IMG/VR virus record: IMGVR_UViG_3300011113_000664 | Span: 96,001-160,000 of that record | Origin: a virus | Length of the DNA stretch: 64,000 bases | Reading direction: 5' to 3' (one strand) | Shown here: in pieces, positions 29,041 to 39,249 of the stretch | Layout of the letters: each line of letters begins with the position of its first letter | How positions within the stretch are numbered: position 1 is the first letter of the stretch | Position numbers and translations under genes: made by a program | The notes under the pieces: generated by a model | The model's database searches: none | The model's input: the letters and a program-made list of their open reading frames with translations, nothing else | What the model was told of the DNA's origin: nothing

Positions 29041-29826
29041 ATGGAAAATATGTCAAATGTAAAAAGTAAGCTAGATAGCTTATTACCAAAAGTCGTATCA
29101 GATTATGTTGATTTCCCATCTCAAGGTTTATTTTATGAAAGTAAAATTGACAAAGTAATGGTTGAATACATGACCGCTGCTGATGAACAATATCTATTAT
29201 CTGAAAACTATATCAAGAATGGTACAGGTCTTGAACTTTTAGTTAAAAATAAAATTAAAGACCCTGAATTTAATTCACTTATGCGTGTTGAAGATTTATT
29301 GACAGGTGATTTAGATGCTGTATTGTTATTTTTAAGAAGATTTGCTTATGGTGATGAATATCCTGTTCAGGTTCGTGATACAGATAATAGGTCATATGAA
29401 ACAACTATTGATTTATCAAAAATTAAATATAAAGAAATTATTCAACCAACAGATGAGTTAAATTATTCATTTCATTTACCTCTTTGTAAAACAGATGTTA
29501 CATTTAAATTGCTAACATATGGTGATAAAAAGAAATTAGACCAAAGAATTGAAAAGATTTCAAAATATAAGAACGATTCACCAATTTTTGAAACACAAGA
29601 AAGAATTATTGCTCAAATAGAAACAATTGCAGGTGAAAATGATAGAGTTTTTATTGAAAAGTTTGTAAAACTAATGCCACCAAAAGATGCATTGTCTTTG
29701 AGAAAATATATTTTAGAAGTTGAGCCGGGTATTGATTATAATTATGAATTTGAAGGAAAATTCACAGGTGACTTTTTTCGTCAGACCGTTACCTTCGGTA
29801 TCGACTTTTTTTATCCAAGACAATAA
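29041..29826 (+). CDS. Tail/baseplate-hub assembly chaperone (T4 gp26-like)
   Basis: VDFPSQGLFY, YMTAADEQYL, DLLTGDLDAVLLFLRRFAYGDEY, FKLLTYGD, MPPKDALSLRKYI..EPGID, FGIDFFYP. Start reassigned to 29041. Confidence 0.8.
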   Translation: MENMSNVKSKLDSLLPKVVSDYVDFPSQGLFYESKIDKVMVEYMTAADEQYLLSENYIKNGTGLELLVKNKIKDPEFNSLMRVEDLLTGDLDAVLLFLRRFAYGDEYPVQVRDTDNRSYETTIDLSKIKYKEIIQPTDELNYSFHLPLCKTDVTFKLLTYGDKKKLDQRIEKISKYKNDSPIFETQERIIAQIETIAGENDRVFIEKFVKLMPPKDALSLRKYILEVEPGIDYNYEFEGKFTGDFFRQTVTFGIDFFYPRQ

Positions 29827-30004
29827 TTACGAAGAATTAATAGCGCAAGAAGTTAATTTTCTTGTTGAAAGTAATTATTCATATCATGATGTCATGTATA
29901 TGATGCCTGTGTATATGCGTAAAAAAATAATAGGTATAATCTTTGAAAAGAATCAAAAACTTCTAAAAGAAAAACAAAAAGCAGCAGGTTATAAAGATGT
30001 TTAA
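29774..30004 (+). CDS. gp51-like chaperone extension in the +1 frame (probable frameshift product)
   Basis: YEELIAQEVNFLVESNYSYHDVMYMMPVYMRKKII. No ATG precedes the conserved-looking part, and the frame overlaps two slippery T-runs. Confidence 0.6.
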   Translation, partial: FFVRPLPSVSTFFIQDNNYEELIAQEVNFLVESNYSYHDVMYMMPVYMRKKIIGIIFEKNQKLLKEKQKAAGYKDV

Positions 30005-30006
30005 TA

Positions 30007-30016
30007 TCTATTTATA
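30007..30016 (+). promoter_or_regulatory. Candidate late promoter box TCTATTTATA
   Basis: 12 nt upstream of the ATG at 30029. Confidence 0.55.
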
Positions 30017-30028
30017 TTAAAATATAAT

Positions 30029-31000
30029 ATGAAGATATTATCTTATAAGATATTAAATGAAGCTACTGTAAATCTTTTTAATAAAAATGCAAGTGCTTTA
30101 GGAGGTGGTATTAGCCGTAACTTATTAAAAACAACACAAATCTCTAAAAGAAGAGGTATTGAAGGTGCTAGTGATACCTTAAAATATATGACTCGTTTTA
30201 TTCAGTTGTTGTTTAATTTTTATGATGCACAAGGGAATGTTCAACTTTCTAGTGATATAAATGTTGCTTTTGGTATATATTTTAGTGAGGGTGGAACTAA
30301 AGCACATATATTACCCTATTATTCAGAATCAATACAAAACTTAATGGAAGAAAATCTTCAATATGCAACTTTGGAGTTATTTAACCCAAATGATTTAAGT
30401 GAAAAAATAAATATTGAAGATTATTTTAATAATTTTGAAATAGCAAGATATCCATTTAAATTAGAAATATCAAATCTAAATACATTTAAAAATATTAATG
30501 ATGAATATAAATTTAGTTTTTTAAATGTTTTAACAAATTTTGCAAATAAAACCCCAACAAATAATATTACAATTGGTTTTAATGCTTCTAGTGGATTAAG
30601 AAGATTAAGTTTAGATAGAGGTCAACAAGGTCAAAGTAGTCAACAAAATTATTCTTTTATTCAATTTGAGGTTTCTATTCCACAAAGTCCACAAACTCAA
30701 ACTATAATTACTACAGCAGAGGTAGCACAAATAAACAATTTATTCAAAAATAATGGACAACAAAATTGTATTATTGAATTTAATAATGCTACTAGACAAA
30801 GAGGTGTAAATTTACCTAATTTAAGATATACTACTAAAATAACTTACCAAACAAATAAAGTATTATACATTTATAGTACTAATCAAATAAATACAAGAGT
30901 TCAACCACAAAATATGATGAATAATGCAGGTAGAATTTTTATACAATTAGGTACTGCTATTCCAAAAGAATGCAATTTAAAAATAATTCAATTAACTTAA
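30029..31000 (+). CDS. Hypothetical protein (N/Q-rich), probably late
   Basis: 323-aa ORF between the chaperone and tape measure genes. Confidence 0.6.
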   Translation: MKILSYKILNEATVNLFNKNASALGGGISRNLLKTTQISKRRGIEGASDTLKYMTRFIQLLFNFYDAQGNVQLSSDINVAFGIYFSEGGTKAHILPYYSESIQNLMEENLQYATLELFNPNDLSEKINIEDYFNNFEIARYPFKLEISNLNTFKNINDEYKFSFLNVLTNFANKTPTNNITIGFNASSGLRRLSLDRGQQGQSSQQNYSFIQFEVSIPQSPQTQTIITTAEVAQINNLFKNNGQQNCIIEFNNATRQRGVNLPNLRYTTKITYQTNKVLYIYSTNQINTRVQPQNMMNNAGRIFIQLGTAIPKECNLKIIQLT

Positions 31001-31007
31001 TTAAACG

Positions 31008-33419
31008 ATGACACCTGAAGAAAGATTAAAATTATTAGCTGAACAGGTAAACTCAGCAAATGAACTTAATGAGGTATATTCAAGAATAAGTTATACAATT
31101 GAACAACAAAATAAATCATTAAGTGGATTTTATAATGCTCAAAAAGAAGTTTTAAGATTATCAAGAGAAGAAAGTTTAATTAAAAAAACTCAAAAACAAA
31201 TATTAAAGGAAATTGAAGCTGTTCAAGAAGGAATTAATGATGGTTCAATAATAGAAACAGCCGAAATTAAAAAACAAAAAGCATTATTAGAGGGTAAGTT
31301 AGCTACTTTAGAAAAAACCAAAAAAGAAATTCAAGATGAAAAGGCTTTACTTGAAGATAATTCTAGTTTAATTAAAGCAAGTTTAAATACTCTTAAAGAC
31401 CAATCTATTGCTTGGGCAAGTCAAGAATTTTCAGTTAGTAATATATGGGGTTATTTACAACAGATTGATGGTGCAATAAGAACAACACAATTAAATCTTG
31501 GTGTATCAGGTAGTAAAGCCCAAATGATGAGGGAACAGTTTGAAGGTGCTGTTAATGCTGCTCAAAGGTTTGGTGCTAGTGCAAAAGACATTTCAGAACT
31601 ACAAGAAGGAATAGCTGATGCAACAGGTAGAGCAGCAGCCTTTACAAGCAATGAATTAGTTTCATTAGTGCAAATTGCTAAAGGAACAGGTCTTCAAAAT
31701 ACTGAAACAGCAAAGTTAGTTGGTACAATGCAAAACTTTGGTTTAAGTGTTGAAACATCAAAAGATTTAATTGAAGATAGTATTAATTCAACAGCAAAGT
31801 TAGGACTAAGTTCAAATGGAGTTTTAAAAAAATTAATTCAAAATATTGATAAACTCAATAATTATAGATTTGATAAGGGTGTAAAGGGTATTGAGGAAAT
31901 GGCTAAAGCATCTGAAAAGTTTAGATTTTCAATGGAAGGTGTGTTTTCTGCTGCTGAAAAGTTTAGAACACTTGAAGGATTACTTGAAGCAGGTGCAACA
32001 TTAAGAGTATTAGGTGGTGAGTTTGCTAAAATGGATGAGTTTAAACTTTCATTTCTTGCAAGAAATAAACCACAAGAATTCGCTGTTGAAATGGCTAAAC
32101 TTACAAAGGGTATGGCAACATTTAATAAAACAACAGGTGAATTTGATGTTACAGATGTTGATTATGATAGGTTAAGGGCTGTAGCAGAAGCAACAGGTAG
32201 AGAAGTTGGTGATTTAGTTCAACAAGCAAAAACATTTAATCAAATAAACTTTGCTAAAAGTCAAATATTTGCCAATATCAAAGATTCTGATAAAGAAATG
32301 ATTGCTAGTTTAGCAAAGTTCAAACCTGGTAGTACAATAGGTACAATACAAATAGGTGATAAAAATGTTAAACTAACTGAACTAACTAAAGACCAAATTA
32401 ATTTATTAACACAAGAACAAAAAACATTAAAAGAAAGAGCAGAAGCATCACAAAATTTTGATGAATCATTTAAAAATACTATCATGCAAGTTAAATCAAG
32501 TCTATTACCTTTATTAGAATATGTTAATAAAGGATTAGATAAGTTTAATGGTTTAATTGACATGTTTAGAGATTCAACAGGTAAATTATCTGCATGGTCT
32601 TTGACAGTACCTGCTCTTGGTTTATTACTAGGTACAGCAGGTGGTGCAATTATATTAAACTTAATAAAAGCAATATTTAGTCTTGCTGGTAGTGGTATTG
32701 GTAAATTATTTGGTGGTTTAGGTGGTGCTTTAGGTGGAGGTGGTGGTGGAGGTGGTATTGGTTTGATGGGTGCAAGCATAAAAACATTAACAGGTATTGG
32801 TATTGCTGCTGTAGGTGTTGGTGCAGGTTTATATTTTGCTGCAAAAGGTGCAGCATCTCTTGCTTCAGCATTTAAAGGTATGAGTGGTGGTCAGATAAGT
32901 GCTGTTGCCTTGGCTTTAGGTGTTTTAGGTGCATCAATCGTAGGTATTGTTGCTTTAGCACCTGCAATGGGTATGGCAGCACCTGAATTACTTGCATTTG
33001 GTGCAGGAATTGCTGCTATTGGTGCAGGGGTTGGTGCAATGTACGCAGGTTTAGGTTATGGTATTGGTCAAGCAACACAAGGTATTAGTTCAATCATTAA
33101 AGCAGTTAAGGGTGATATTGATTTTTCTGGAATGAATTTTGAAAATTTAGAAAATTTAAAAATTTTAAAATCTTTTACAGAAACTGATATTAATAGAATG
33201 AATGAAATGTTTGATATATTAAATCAGATTAATTCAATTGATACATCTAAACTTGATGCGTTACAAAAATTATTTACAAACGCTACTTTAAAGGTTCAAC
33301 TTGAGGGTAACCCAACGATTAACAACAACATAACAGTTGAGGTTGATGGAGAGAAATTCTATAAAAGGGTAGAAAAAATGATACCAATTGTGGTCAAAAA
33401 AGGAGTAATGCCAAAATAA
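31008..33419 (+). CDS. Tail tape measure protein
   Basis: 803 aa with a coiled-coil N-terminus, Ala-rich helical core and Gly/Ala-rich hydrophobic C-terminal segments. Lies downstream of the chaperone. Confidence 0.85.
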   Translation: MTPEERLKLLAEQVNSANELNEVYSRISYTIEQQNKSLSGFYNAQKEVLRLSREESLIKKTQKQILKEIEAVQEGINDGSIIETAEIKKQKALLEGKLATLEKTKKEIQDEKALLEDNSSLIKASLNTLKDQSIAWASQEFSVSNIWGYLQQIDGAIRTTQLNLGVSGSKAQMMREQFEGAVNAAQRFGASAKDISELQEGIADATGRAAAFTSNELVSLVQIAKGTGLQNTETAKLVGTMQNFGLSVETSKDLIEDSINSTAKLGLSSNGVLKKLIQNIDKLNNYRFDKGVKGIEEMAKASEKFRFSMEGVFSAAEKFRTLEGLLEAGATLRVLGGEFAKMDEFKLSFLARNKPQEFAVEMAKLTKGMATFNKTTGEFDVTDVDYDRLRAVAEATGREVGDLVQQAKTFNQINFAKSQIFANIKDSDKEMIASLAKFKPGSTIGTIQIGDKNVKLTELTKDQINLLTQEQKTLKERAEASQNFDESFKNTIMQVKSSLLPLLEYVNKGLDKFNGLIDMFRDSTGKLSAWSLTVPALGLLLGTAGGAIILNLIKAIFSLAGSGIGKLFGGLGGALGGGGGGGGIGLMGASIKTLTGIGIAAVGVGAGLYFAAKGAASLASAFKGMSGGQISAVALALGVLGASIVGIVALAPAMGMAAPELLAFGAGIAAIGAGVGAMYAGLGYGIGQATQGISSIIKAVKGDIDFSGMNFENLENLKILKSFTETDINRMNEMFDILNQINSIDTSKLDALQKLFTNATLKVQLEGNPTINNNITVEVDGEKFYKRVEKMIPIVVKKGVMPK

Positions 33420-33423
33420 GGCT

Positions 33424-33431
33424 TATATTTG
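33424..33431 (+). promoter_or_regulatory. Bacteroidota-type -7 box TATATTTG
   Basis: Upstream of the ORF at 33451. No clear -33 element. Confidence 0.45.
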
Positions 33432-33450
33432 ATTTCAACGGATTTTAATT

Positions 33451-34359
33451 TTGAGTTTAAAAGGGAGAAATATTAAAACGCATATGCATTTGCCATTGGA
33501 AATGGTGAACCGCATTATGTCTTCCTCCACTTACAACTTTAATGAATTCAAAACATATTTAGCTTTTGCGTTCCATACATCAGGAAACTGTAAGTTAAAT
33601 AATGAAATTAAAAATGAAATTTCAAACCATTTAGGTATATCTCAAAGAACATTAATTAAACATATTAAAACTTTAATTGATAAGAAATACTTTGGTTATA
33701 ATTATAAAACAAATACTTTGTTTATAAATGGTTTAAAAAAGATTAAACGATTAGTATATTTTAACGAAGATTTTGATAAACGTGTATTAACTAAAACATC
33801 ATTTGTATTAAACATATCTGATTTTGACAAATTAAAATTTTTAACATTTACCGCTACCGAAAAATTTATCTTAACTTATCAATCCGAATATAAAGAGGAA
33901 CTGAAGTTAAAAGAATTTTTAGTTAGTATAGATTCATTGGAACGGTATGAAAAAGGGAACAAATCTGAAAAAAGACGTTTAAAAAGGATATATAACATCG
34001 AAAATAACAAGGGAGATTCAATGAAAAAGCAAAATCCAAACCGCCTTGTTATTGAAGATGAATATTTAGGAGTTTCAAACTCTTTTATATCTAATAGATT
34101 TAATAGAACTAAATCATGGGGTTCTAAGATGAAAAAGAAATCAAGTAATCTAAATCTATTACAATACAATAAAAAGTCTAGATTTATTCAGTCATTCCCT
34201 CTTTCGTTTAATGTAAGGAAGTATTTATCAATTAATTATCCCGAAAAGTATAATAGATTTTTTATAAAAAGGGTTAATGATAAGATAAATGTTTATGAAA
34301 CTCTCTATGATGAGATTATTCCTAATATCTCTTTAACTACAAGAAGGAAGAAAAACTAA
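33451..34359 (+). CDS. Basic winged-HTH DNA-binding protein (Rep-like?)
   Basis: EISNHLGISQRTLIKHIKTLIDKKYF (wHTH) and a second HTH-like SNSFISNRFNRTKSWGSKMKK. Very Lys-rich. TTG start, with an alternative ATG at ~33484. Confidence 0.6.
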   Translation: MSLKGRNIKTHMHLPLEMVNRIMSSSTYNFNEFKTYLAFAFHTSGNCKLNNEIKNEISNHLGISQRTLIKHIKTLIDKKYFGYNYKTNTLFINGLKKIKRLVYFNEDFDKRVLTKTSFVLNISDFDKLKFLTFTATEKFILTYQSEYKEELKLKEFLVSIDSLERYEKGNKSEKRRLKRIYNIENNKGDSMKKQNPNRLVIEDEYLGVSNSFISNRFNRTKSWGSKMKKKSSNLNLLQYNKKSRFIQSFPLSFNVRKYLSINYPEKYNRFFIKRVNDKINVYETLYDEIIPNISLTTRRKKN

Positions 34360-34494
34360 AGATTAGTATATTTTGGAAAATTTGGAAACCATAAGGAAAG
34401 CAATACAATAAAAGAAAAAAAGAAACCTCCTTTTTTTAAAATCTTATACATCTATTTATATGAAACATTATTTAGTAAATATTTCTATTTTTCT

Positions 34495-37400
34495 ATGAGT
34501 TTAAATTTTGACCCAATAGACCCTAATAAAGAAATTTTAGGTGATAACCACCCATTTAAAGGTGATAATGGTATTGCTGCATTTGAAGATATCAGGTCTT
34601 ATGTTCAATTAAGTATGAAACCTAAAAATTCTAATTTTATTGAATTAACTAATAATAGCGTAACTAATGTATCAAAAGTATCAGATAGTTCAATTATTAC
34701 ACTAGGTGGGTTTTATAAAAGAGGTAAAGAAAATTATTATTCTACAAATTATACTGATGAGATAATGGGGGGTAATCAAGACCAAAATAAATATTATGAA
34801 GGTTTTGGAATTAAAAATATTGATATAACTTTTGATGCAAATAAAATACCACAAGTAACAATAGTTTTTTATGACTCAAGAGGTAATGTAATTAATAATT
34901 TTAATAGCCCATATGCTAAAATGTTTCAAATACCATATCCAATATTTGAGTTAACTATTAAAGGAGGTTTTGGACCAAAAATTACATATAGAATTTTAAA
35001 AATTAAAGATGATATATCAATTGATGAATTTGGTAACTATATTATAACAAGTAAATTTATTGGTGATAGATTTGCCCCACTTAGCGACTTGCCATTATTA
35101 TATTTAATGGCAGTTCCTTTTTTAGATGGAAAAAATGTCAATCCTTTTAATGATACAACAATCGATAGCTTCCATGAATTAATAGCAATATCAAAAAAAC
35201 TATATGAAAGAATTAATCAAGACCAAGAAAGTGACCAAGAATTAAGAAACCAACAAATAATATCTGATTTAGCTGAACAAAGAACCAATTATAATGAAAT
35301 TTTAAATACCATAAGAGACCCAAAAAAACTTGAAGAGCATGTTAAAAATTCTGCTGAAAAACAAAAATATGGTGATGAAATTGAAAATAAAATATTAAAT
35401 TATATTAAGAGTGGAACTTTTAAATTAGATGAAAATAAAATAGAATTTGATATATCAGAAACCATTCCACTTGCTCCACAAGTATGGGAATCAATTGCTA
35501 CAATTTTAATAGAATATGTTGATAACTTAAACGGAGGTGAAAATAATATTAAACCAATATATGGATTTTCAACAAGAATCAGAGGTCAACAACAACAAAA
35601 TAATACTAGAGTTGTTAGTGAAATAAATTTTACCGATTTAGTAAAAGCAATTAAAGATTTAGATGATAAAATAACTGAAAAAGGTTATCAATTTCATGAT
35701 GATAAAGTTATAAGATTAGTTAATACAGAAAAACAAATTCTAGGAGATACTAGACTTACAATTTTTAATGTTTTTAATGTAATAATTAATGATTATAATA
35801 CATTAATGACTAAAATTCGTGATGCAGGTGATAAAGGTTATAAAGCTAAAATAAATGGAAATAGAAAAGATTTAAAGGAATCTGTAGATAGAATGGGTTT
35901 TCCAACAGTTATTGATGTTAATACAAATACTATTATATATCCGGGAGAAAATAGTTTATTTAAAGATTGGGATGAAGTTAAATTAATTGAAGATTTTATT
36001 AATGCTTATCAAAAAGCATTAAAACAAAATGTTTTACTTGATGCTTTGTTAAATAAAGATGAAGATGGTAGAAATAAATATATACCAATCAATCCAAGAG
36101 AAGTTTACGAAATTGATGATAGTTTAAATTTAATAGCATCACCTGTATACCAAAATGTTTATTTTAAAAATAAAACACCTCAGTCAATATATAAATTAAT
36201 GTACCAAAGATTTTTATGTTTTGCAAATGTAAATGCAAATATAAACGCAACTAAAGATTCTTTTTCTAAATGGAATACAAATCCAAAAAAAGAAGAAGAG
36301 TCTTGGCTTGATTTTATAAAGTTTTTTAATAATAATGATATTGAAAATGTAGATTCACAGAAAGCATTATTTTATTCTTTTATTGATATTGAAGCAAGAA
36401 ACATTGCTTATTCAATATCATTTGATGATGCAATGAAAAAAGATATGAATGTATTGGCAAAAAACTTTAGTGAAGTTTTTTTTAAAAATAATTCAACCCA
36501 TCCATTAACAAAAAGTATACAACCAATTGCTTTTAATACTTTAGAAATACCAAATACTATACAACCATTTAATGATGATTATGTTACAGTTTCTGAAGCT
36601 GCACCAACAGCAATAGATGGTAAATCAATAAGTAATGATATTATTACCAATTATATGTTAAACTTAAATAATATAAGTGGTAATATATATAAAATAACTA
36701 ATGATAATATTTTATATGTTGAAGATAAAAAATTAAATAGCGGAAATAAAGAAAGTGATTATGATAATGGTGATGATACCTTGGTTAGTCAAATAGAAAA
36801 TAATGAACCCATATTACAGTTAATAAATGCAAAAGAAAATTTAATTACATTTGATTTAGAAAAATTATATAAAAATTCTAGATATCCTGCATTAGTACAA
36901 GTTCCAAGAGGAATATTAATTTTATTAGGTTCTATTGTAAGGTCAATATATACTCAATTTCAAGATTCAGCTTATTTTAAAATACCAACTAATAAAGGAT
37001 TCATTATTATAAAAAATCAAAGTAAATTTTATAAATTAATATTTAAAGAATCGGTAGATTTTGATAAAAATTATGGATTTAAATCAGTATATCAATATGA
37101 CCCTAATACTAAAAAATTTACTAATTTTACTTGCTTTAGGGATAATAGTTCATTAAAAACAGATGAACAAATATTAGAATACATATATACAAAAAGATAT
37201 ATAAGTGTTAATGATTTTTCGTTTACTATAAAAAGAATAAATTCAATACAATCAAGTTTACTAGTATTATTATTAGGAAATAATGAAGAATTATTTCAAT
37301 CAACATCAACAACATTAGCACAAAATATAGGAGTTTTAAAAAATGGTATTACAAACCCAAATGCAATAGAATCAACTTTATATACACAATATTTAAAAGT

Positions 37401-39213
37401 TTTATTACCCAAAATTGCACAACTTATAAAAGAGGATGATAAAAAATTAAATGATAAATTAAAAAATTTCGATTCATACATACAAGATAATAATGTAAAG
37501 TTATCAATCTATAAATCTTTTCAAGTGATTTATGAAAATTATCTTCATGGAGTTAATGATTTTAAATTAGAAATATCACAAAACAAAGAAACTAGTTCTT
37601 TTTTATTTGTAGACAGAGCATATAGAGATATTTCAAATGAATGTGTTTTGGATTTAAAAACATTATTAAATGATACTAATGATTATGAAGTTAGTTTACT
37701 TAGTTCAATATCTAGATTATTAGCGGATAATAATTTTTGGTTTTATCCATCATCAACATTTGCATCAACAGCAAAAGATTATAAAAATTTATTTAAAATT
37801 GATTATTATCAAACATTGGAAGTAAAACCAAAATTCCTTGCAATTTATGTTGGTGGTTTATCAAGTAATCCAAGAAATACATCAAGTGATTATTTACTCG
37901 CTGATGATGGTATTAAAAGAAATATTATCCCAAGTGATTTAGGTAATGGTAATAATGCTATTTTTGATGGAACAGGATTAAATGCATTTTTAGTAAACTA
38001 TACAGGTATACAGAATCAAACAGTATTTTCAAATCTTCAAGTTTCAACTGAATCGTTAAAAAATACAGATGAGGGATTAAGAATTCAATCAGAAATTATC
38101 AATAATAATAGTAATTCTTATTCAATACCAAAAGGTCAATCATTATTAAATGTTTATCAAAAACAAAGTTATTCATCAACAGTAAAAATTCCTTTTGGTA
38201 ATATGGGTATTCAACCAAGCCAATACTATTATCAAGAATGCATTCCATTATTTGATGGTCTTTACATCATTTTCAATGTTTCACATACAATCGATGCTGA
38301 TACACAAAGACTTGAAACAACATTTAAAGGTTATAGACTTAAAAAAGATAAAAATCCAATTGTAACAAACCCATTTGTAGATTATTATACAAATGATGTT
38401 TATACAAGAACATTAAATGATTTAGGTGTTGCTACAAATGTAATAAATACACCAGCTTATGACCCTAATCTTGATTTTTGGACAAACGCAAGAAACTTTG
38501 TACTTGGTAATGAAGGTTTTGTTGGTCATTGCTATTGGGATATTAATAATTGGAGAATCGGTTATGGTAGTCAAGTTTTAGCGTTAAATGGTGCATTAAA
38601 AGCAGTAGGTGATGATAGATTTAATAAAAAATATTTTATTACTTTACCAAATGACCCAATACAATGGCCTGTCAATGTTGATTTAGATACAGGAAAAATT
38701 GGATATCAAAAACTTCCTAATGGTTATGTAAAAGAATATAAATATTTTACATTAAAAGCTGAAGACCCAAAAGATGATAAATATCAATGGGATGCTGCAA
38801 GAAATATTAAAAATGACCAATATGCAGGTTATGTAAAAGATTTTTATACAAGAGCATTGGCTGATAAAGCATTTGATTATACATTCAATCTTTTACTTAA
38901 AGGTGTAAAAAAAATAAATCCGGAAGGTTTTGAAAAACTTACACCTAGAGGACAAATAGGTGCTACATATGTTGCTTATGGATTTGGTAGTATAAGTAAT
39001 GAAAAAGTGAATATGTCAAATATAAAAGCTGCAATCACAGCAGGTAATGATGAACAATTAGCAAGAGCAATTATAACAGATATTGCAGCTAAAAAAGCAA
39101 GAGTTCCGCATCAATCATATTATAATACCGCTAAATATATTGACCAAAATATTTTATTTAAACTTACAGATGAAGAAAAGGAAAAATTAAAGCAATTAAA
39201 AGTTCTTTTTTAA
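34495..39213 (+). CDS. Giant virion protein: baseplate-hub-like body with a C-terminal lysozyme (GH24-like) domain
   Basis: GFGIKNIDITF..PQVTIVFYD.RG near the N-terminus, GNMGIQPSQYY..GLYIIFNVSHTI..TTFKGYR hub-type end, then NEGFVGHCYWDINNWRIGYG. Confidence 0.75.
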   Translation: MSLNFDPIDPNKEILGDNHPFKGDNGIAAFEDIRSYVQLSMKPKNSNFIELTNNSVTNVSKVSDSSIITLGGFYKRGKENYYSTNYTDEIMGGNQDQNKYYEGFGIKNIDITFDANKIPQVTIVFYDSRGNVINNFNSPYAKMFQIPYPIFELTIKGGFGPKITYRILKIKDDISIDEFGNYIITSKFIGDRFAPLSDLPLLYLMAVPFLDGKNVNPFNDTTIDSFHELIAISKKLYERINQDQESDQELRNQQIISDLAEQRTNYNEILNTIRDPKKLEEHVKNSAEKQKYGDEIENKILNYIKSGTFKLDENKIEFDISETIPLAPQVWESIATILIEYVDNLNGGENNIKPIYGFSTRIRGQQQQNNTRVVSEINFTDLVKAIKDLDDKITEKGYQFHDDKVIRLVNTEKQILGDTRLTIFNVFNVIINDYNTLMTKIRDAGDKGYKAKINGNRKDLKESVDRMGFPTVIDVNTNTIIYPGENSLFKDWDEVKLIEDFINAYQKALKQNVLLDALLNKDEDGRNKYIPINPREVYEIDDSLNLIASPVYQNVYFKNKTPQSIYKLMYQRFLCFANVNANINATKDSFSKWNTNPKKEEESWLDFIKFFNNNDIENVDSQKALFYSFIDIEARNIAYSISFDDAMKKDMNVLAKNFSEVFFKNNSTHPLTKSIQPIAFNTLEIPNTIQPFNDDYVTVSEAAPTAIDGKSISNDIITNYMLNLNNISGNIYKITNDNILYVEDKKLNSGNKESDYDNGDDTLVSQIENNEPILQLINAKENLITFDLEKLYKNSRYPALVQVPRGILILLGSIVRSIYTQFQDSAYFKIPTNKGFIIIKNQSKFYKLIFKESVDFDKNYGFKSVYQYDPNTKKFTNFTCFRDNSSLKTDEQILEYIYTKRYISVNDFSFTIKRINSIQSSLLVLLLGNNEELFQSTSTTLAQNIGVLKNGITNPNAIESTLYTQYLKVLLPKIAQLIKEDDKKLNDKLKNFDSYIQDNNVKLSIYKSFQVIYENYLHGVNDFKLEISQNKETSSFLFVDRAYRDISNECVLDLKTLLNDTNDYEVSLLSSISRLLADNNFWFYPSSTFASTAKDYKNLFKIDYYQTLEVKPKFLAIYVGGLSSNPRNTSSDYLLADDGIKRNIIPSDLGNGNNAIFDGTGLNAFLVNYTGIQNQTVFSNLQVSTESLKNTDEGLRIQSEIINNNSNSYSIPKGQSLLNVYQKQSYSSTVKIPFGNMGIQPSQYYYQECIPLFDGLYIIFNVSHTIDADTQRLETTFKGYRLKKDKNPIVTNPFVDYYTNDVYTRTLNDLGVATNVINTPAYDPNLDFWTNARNFVLGNEGFVGHCYWDINNWRIGYGSQVLALNGALKAVGDDRFNKKYFITLPNDPIQWPVNVDLDTGKIGYQKLPNGYVKEYKYFTLKAEDPKDDKYQWDAARNIKNDQYAGYVKDFYTRALADKAFDYTFNLLLKGVKKINPEGFEKLTPRGQIGATYVAYGFGSISNEKVNMSNIKAAITAGNDEQLARAIITDIAAKKARVPHQSYYNTAKYIDQNILFKLTDEEKEKLKQLKVLF

Positions 39214-39236
39214 TTTTTTTAATAAAAAATTTTCTT

Positions 39237-39244
39237 TAGATTTG
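39237..39244 (+). promoter_or_regulatory. Bacteroidota-type -7 box TAGATTTG
   Basis: TAnnTTTG immediately upstream of the ATG at 39250 (near-leaderless). Confidence 0.45.
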
Positions 39245-39249
39245 CCAAC

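Noticed and set aside
32261-32779. 172-aa Pro-rich minus-strand ORF
   Set aside because: Antisense shadow of the Gly-rich (GGT/GGA) part of the tape measure gene.
1-39213. Bacterial contractile injection system (eCIS/tailocin) or prophage in a chromosome
   Set aside because: The tail genes are interleaved with phage-type replication genes, and there are no host housekeeping genes or integrase. This fits a large lytic phage genome.
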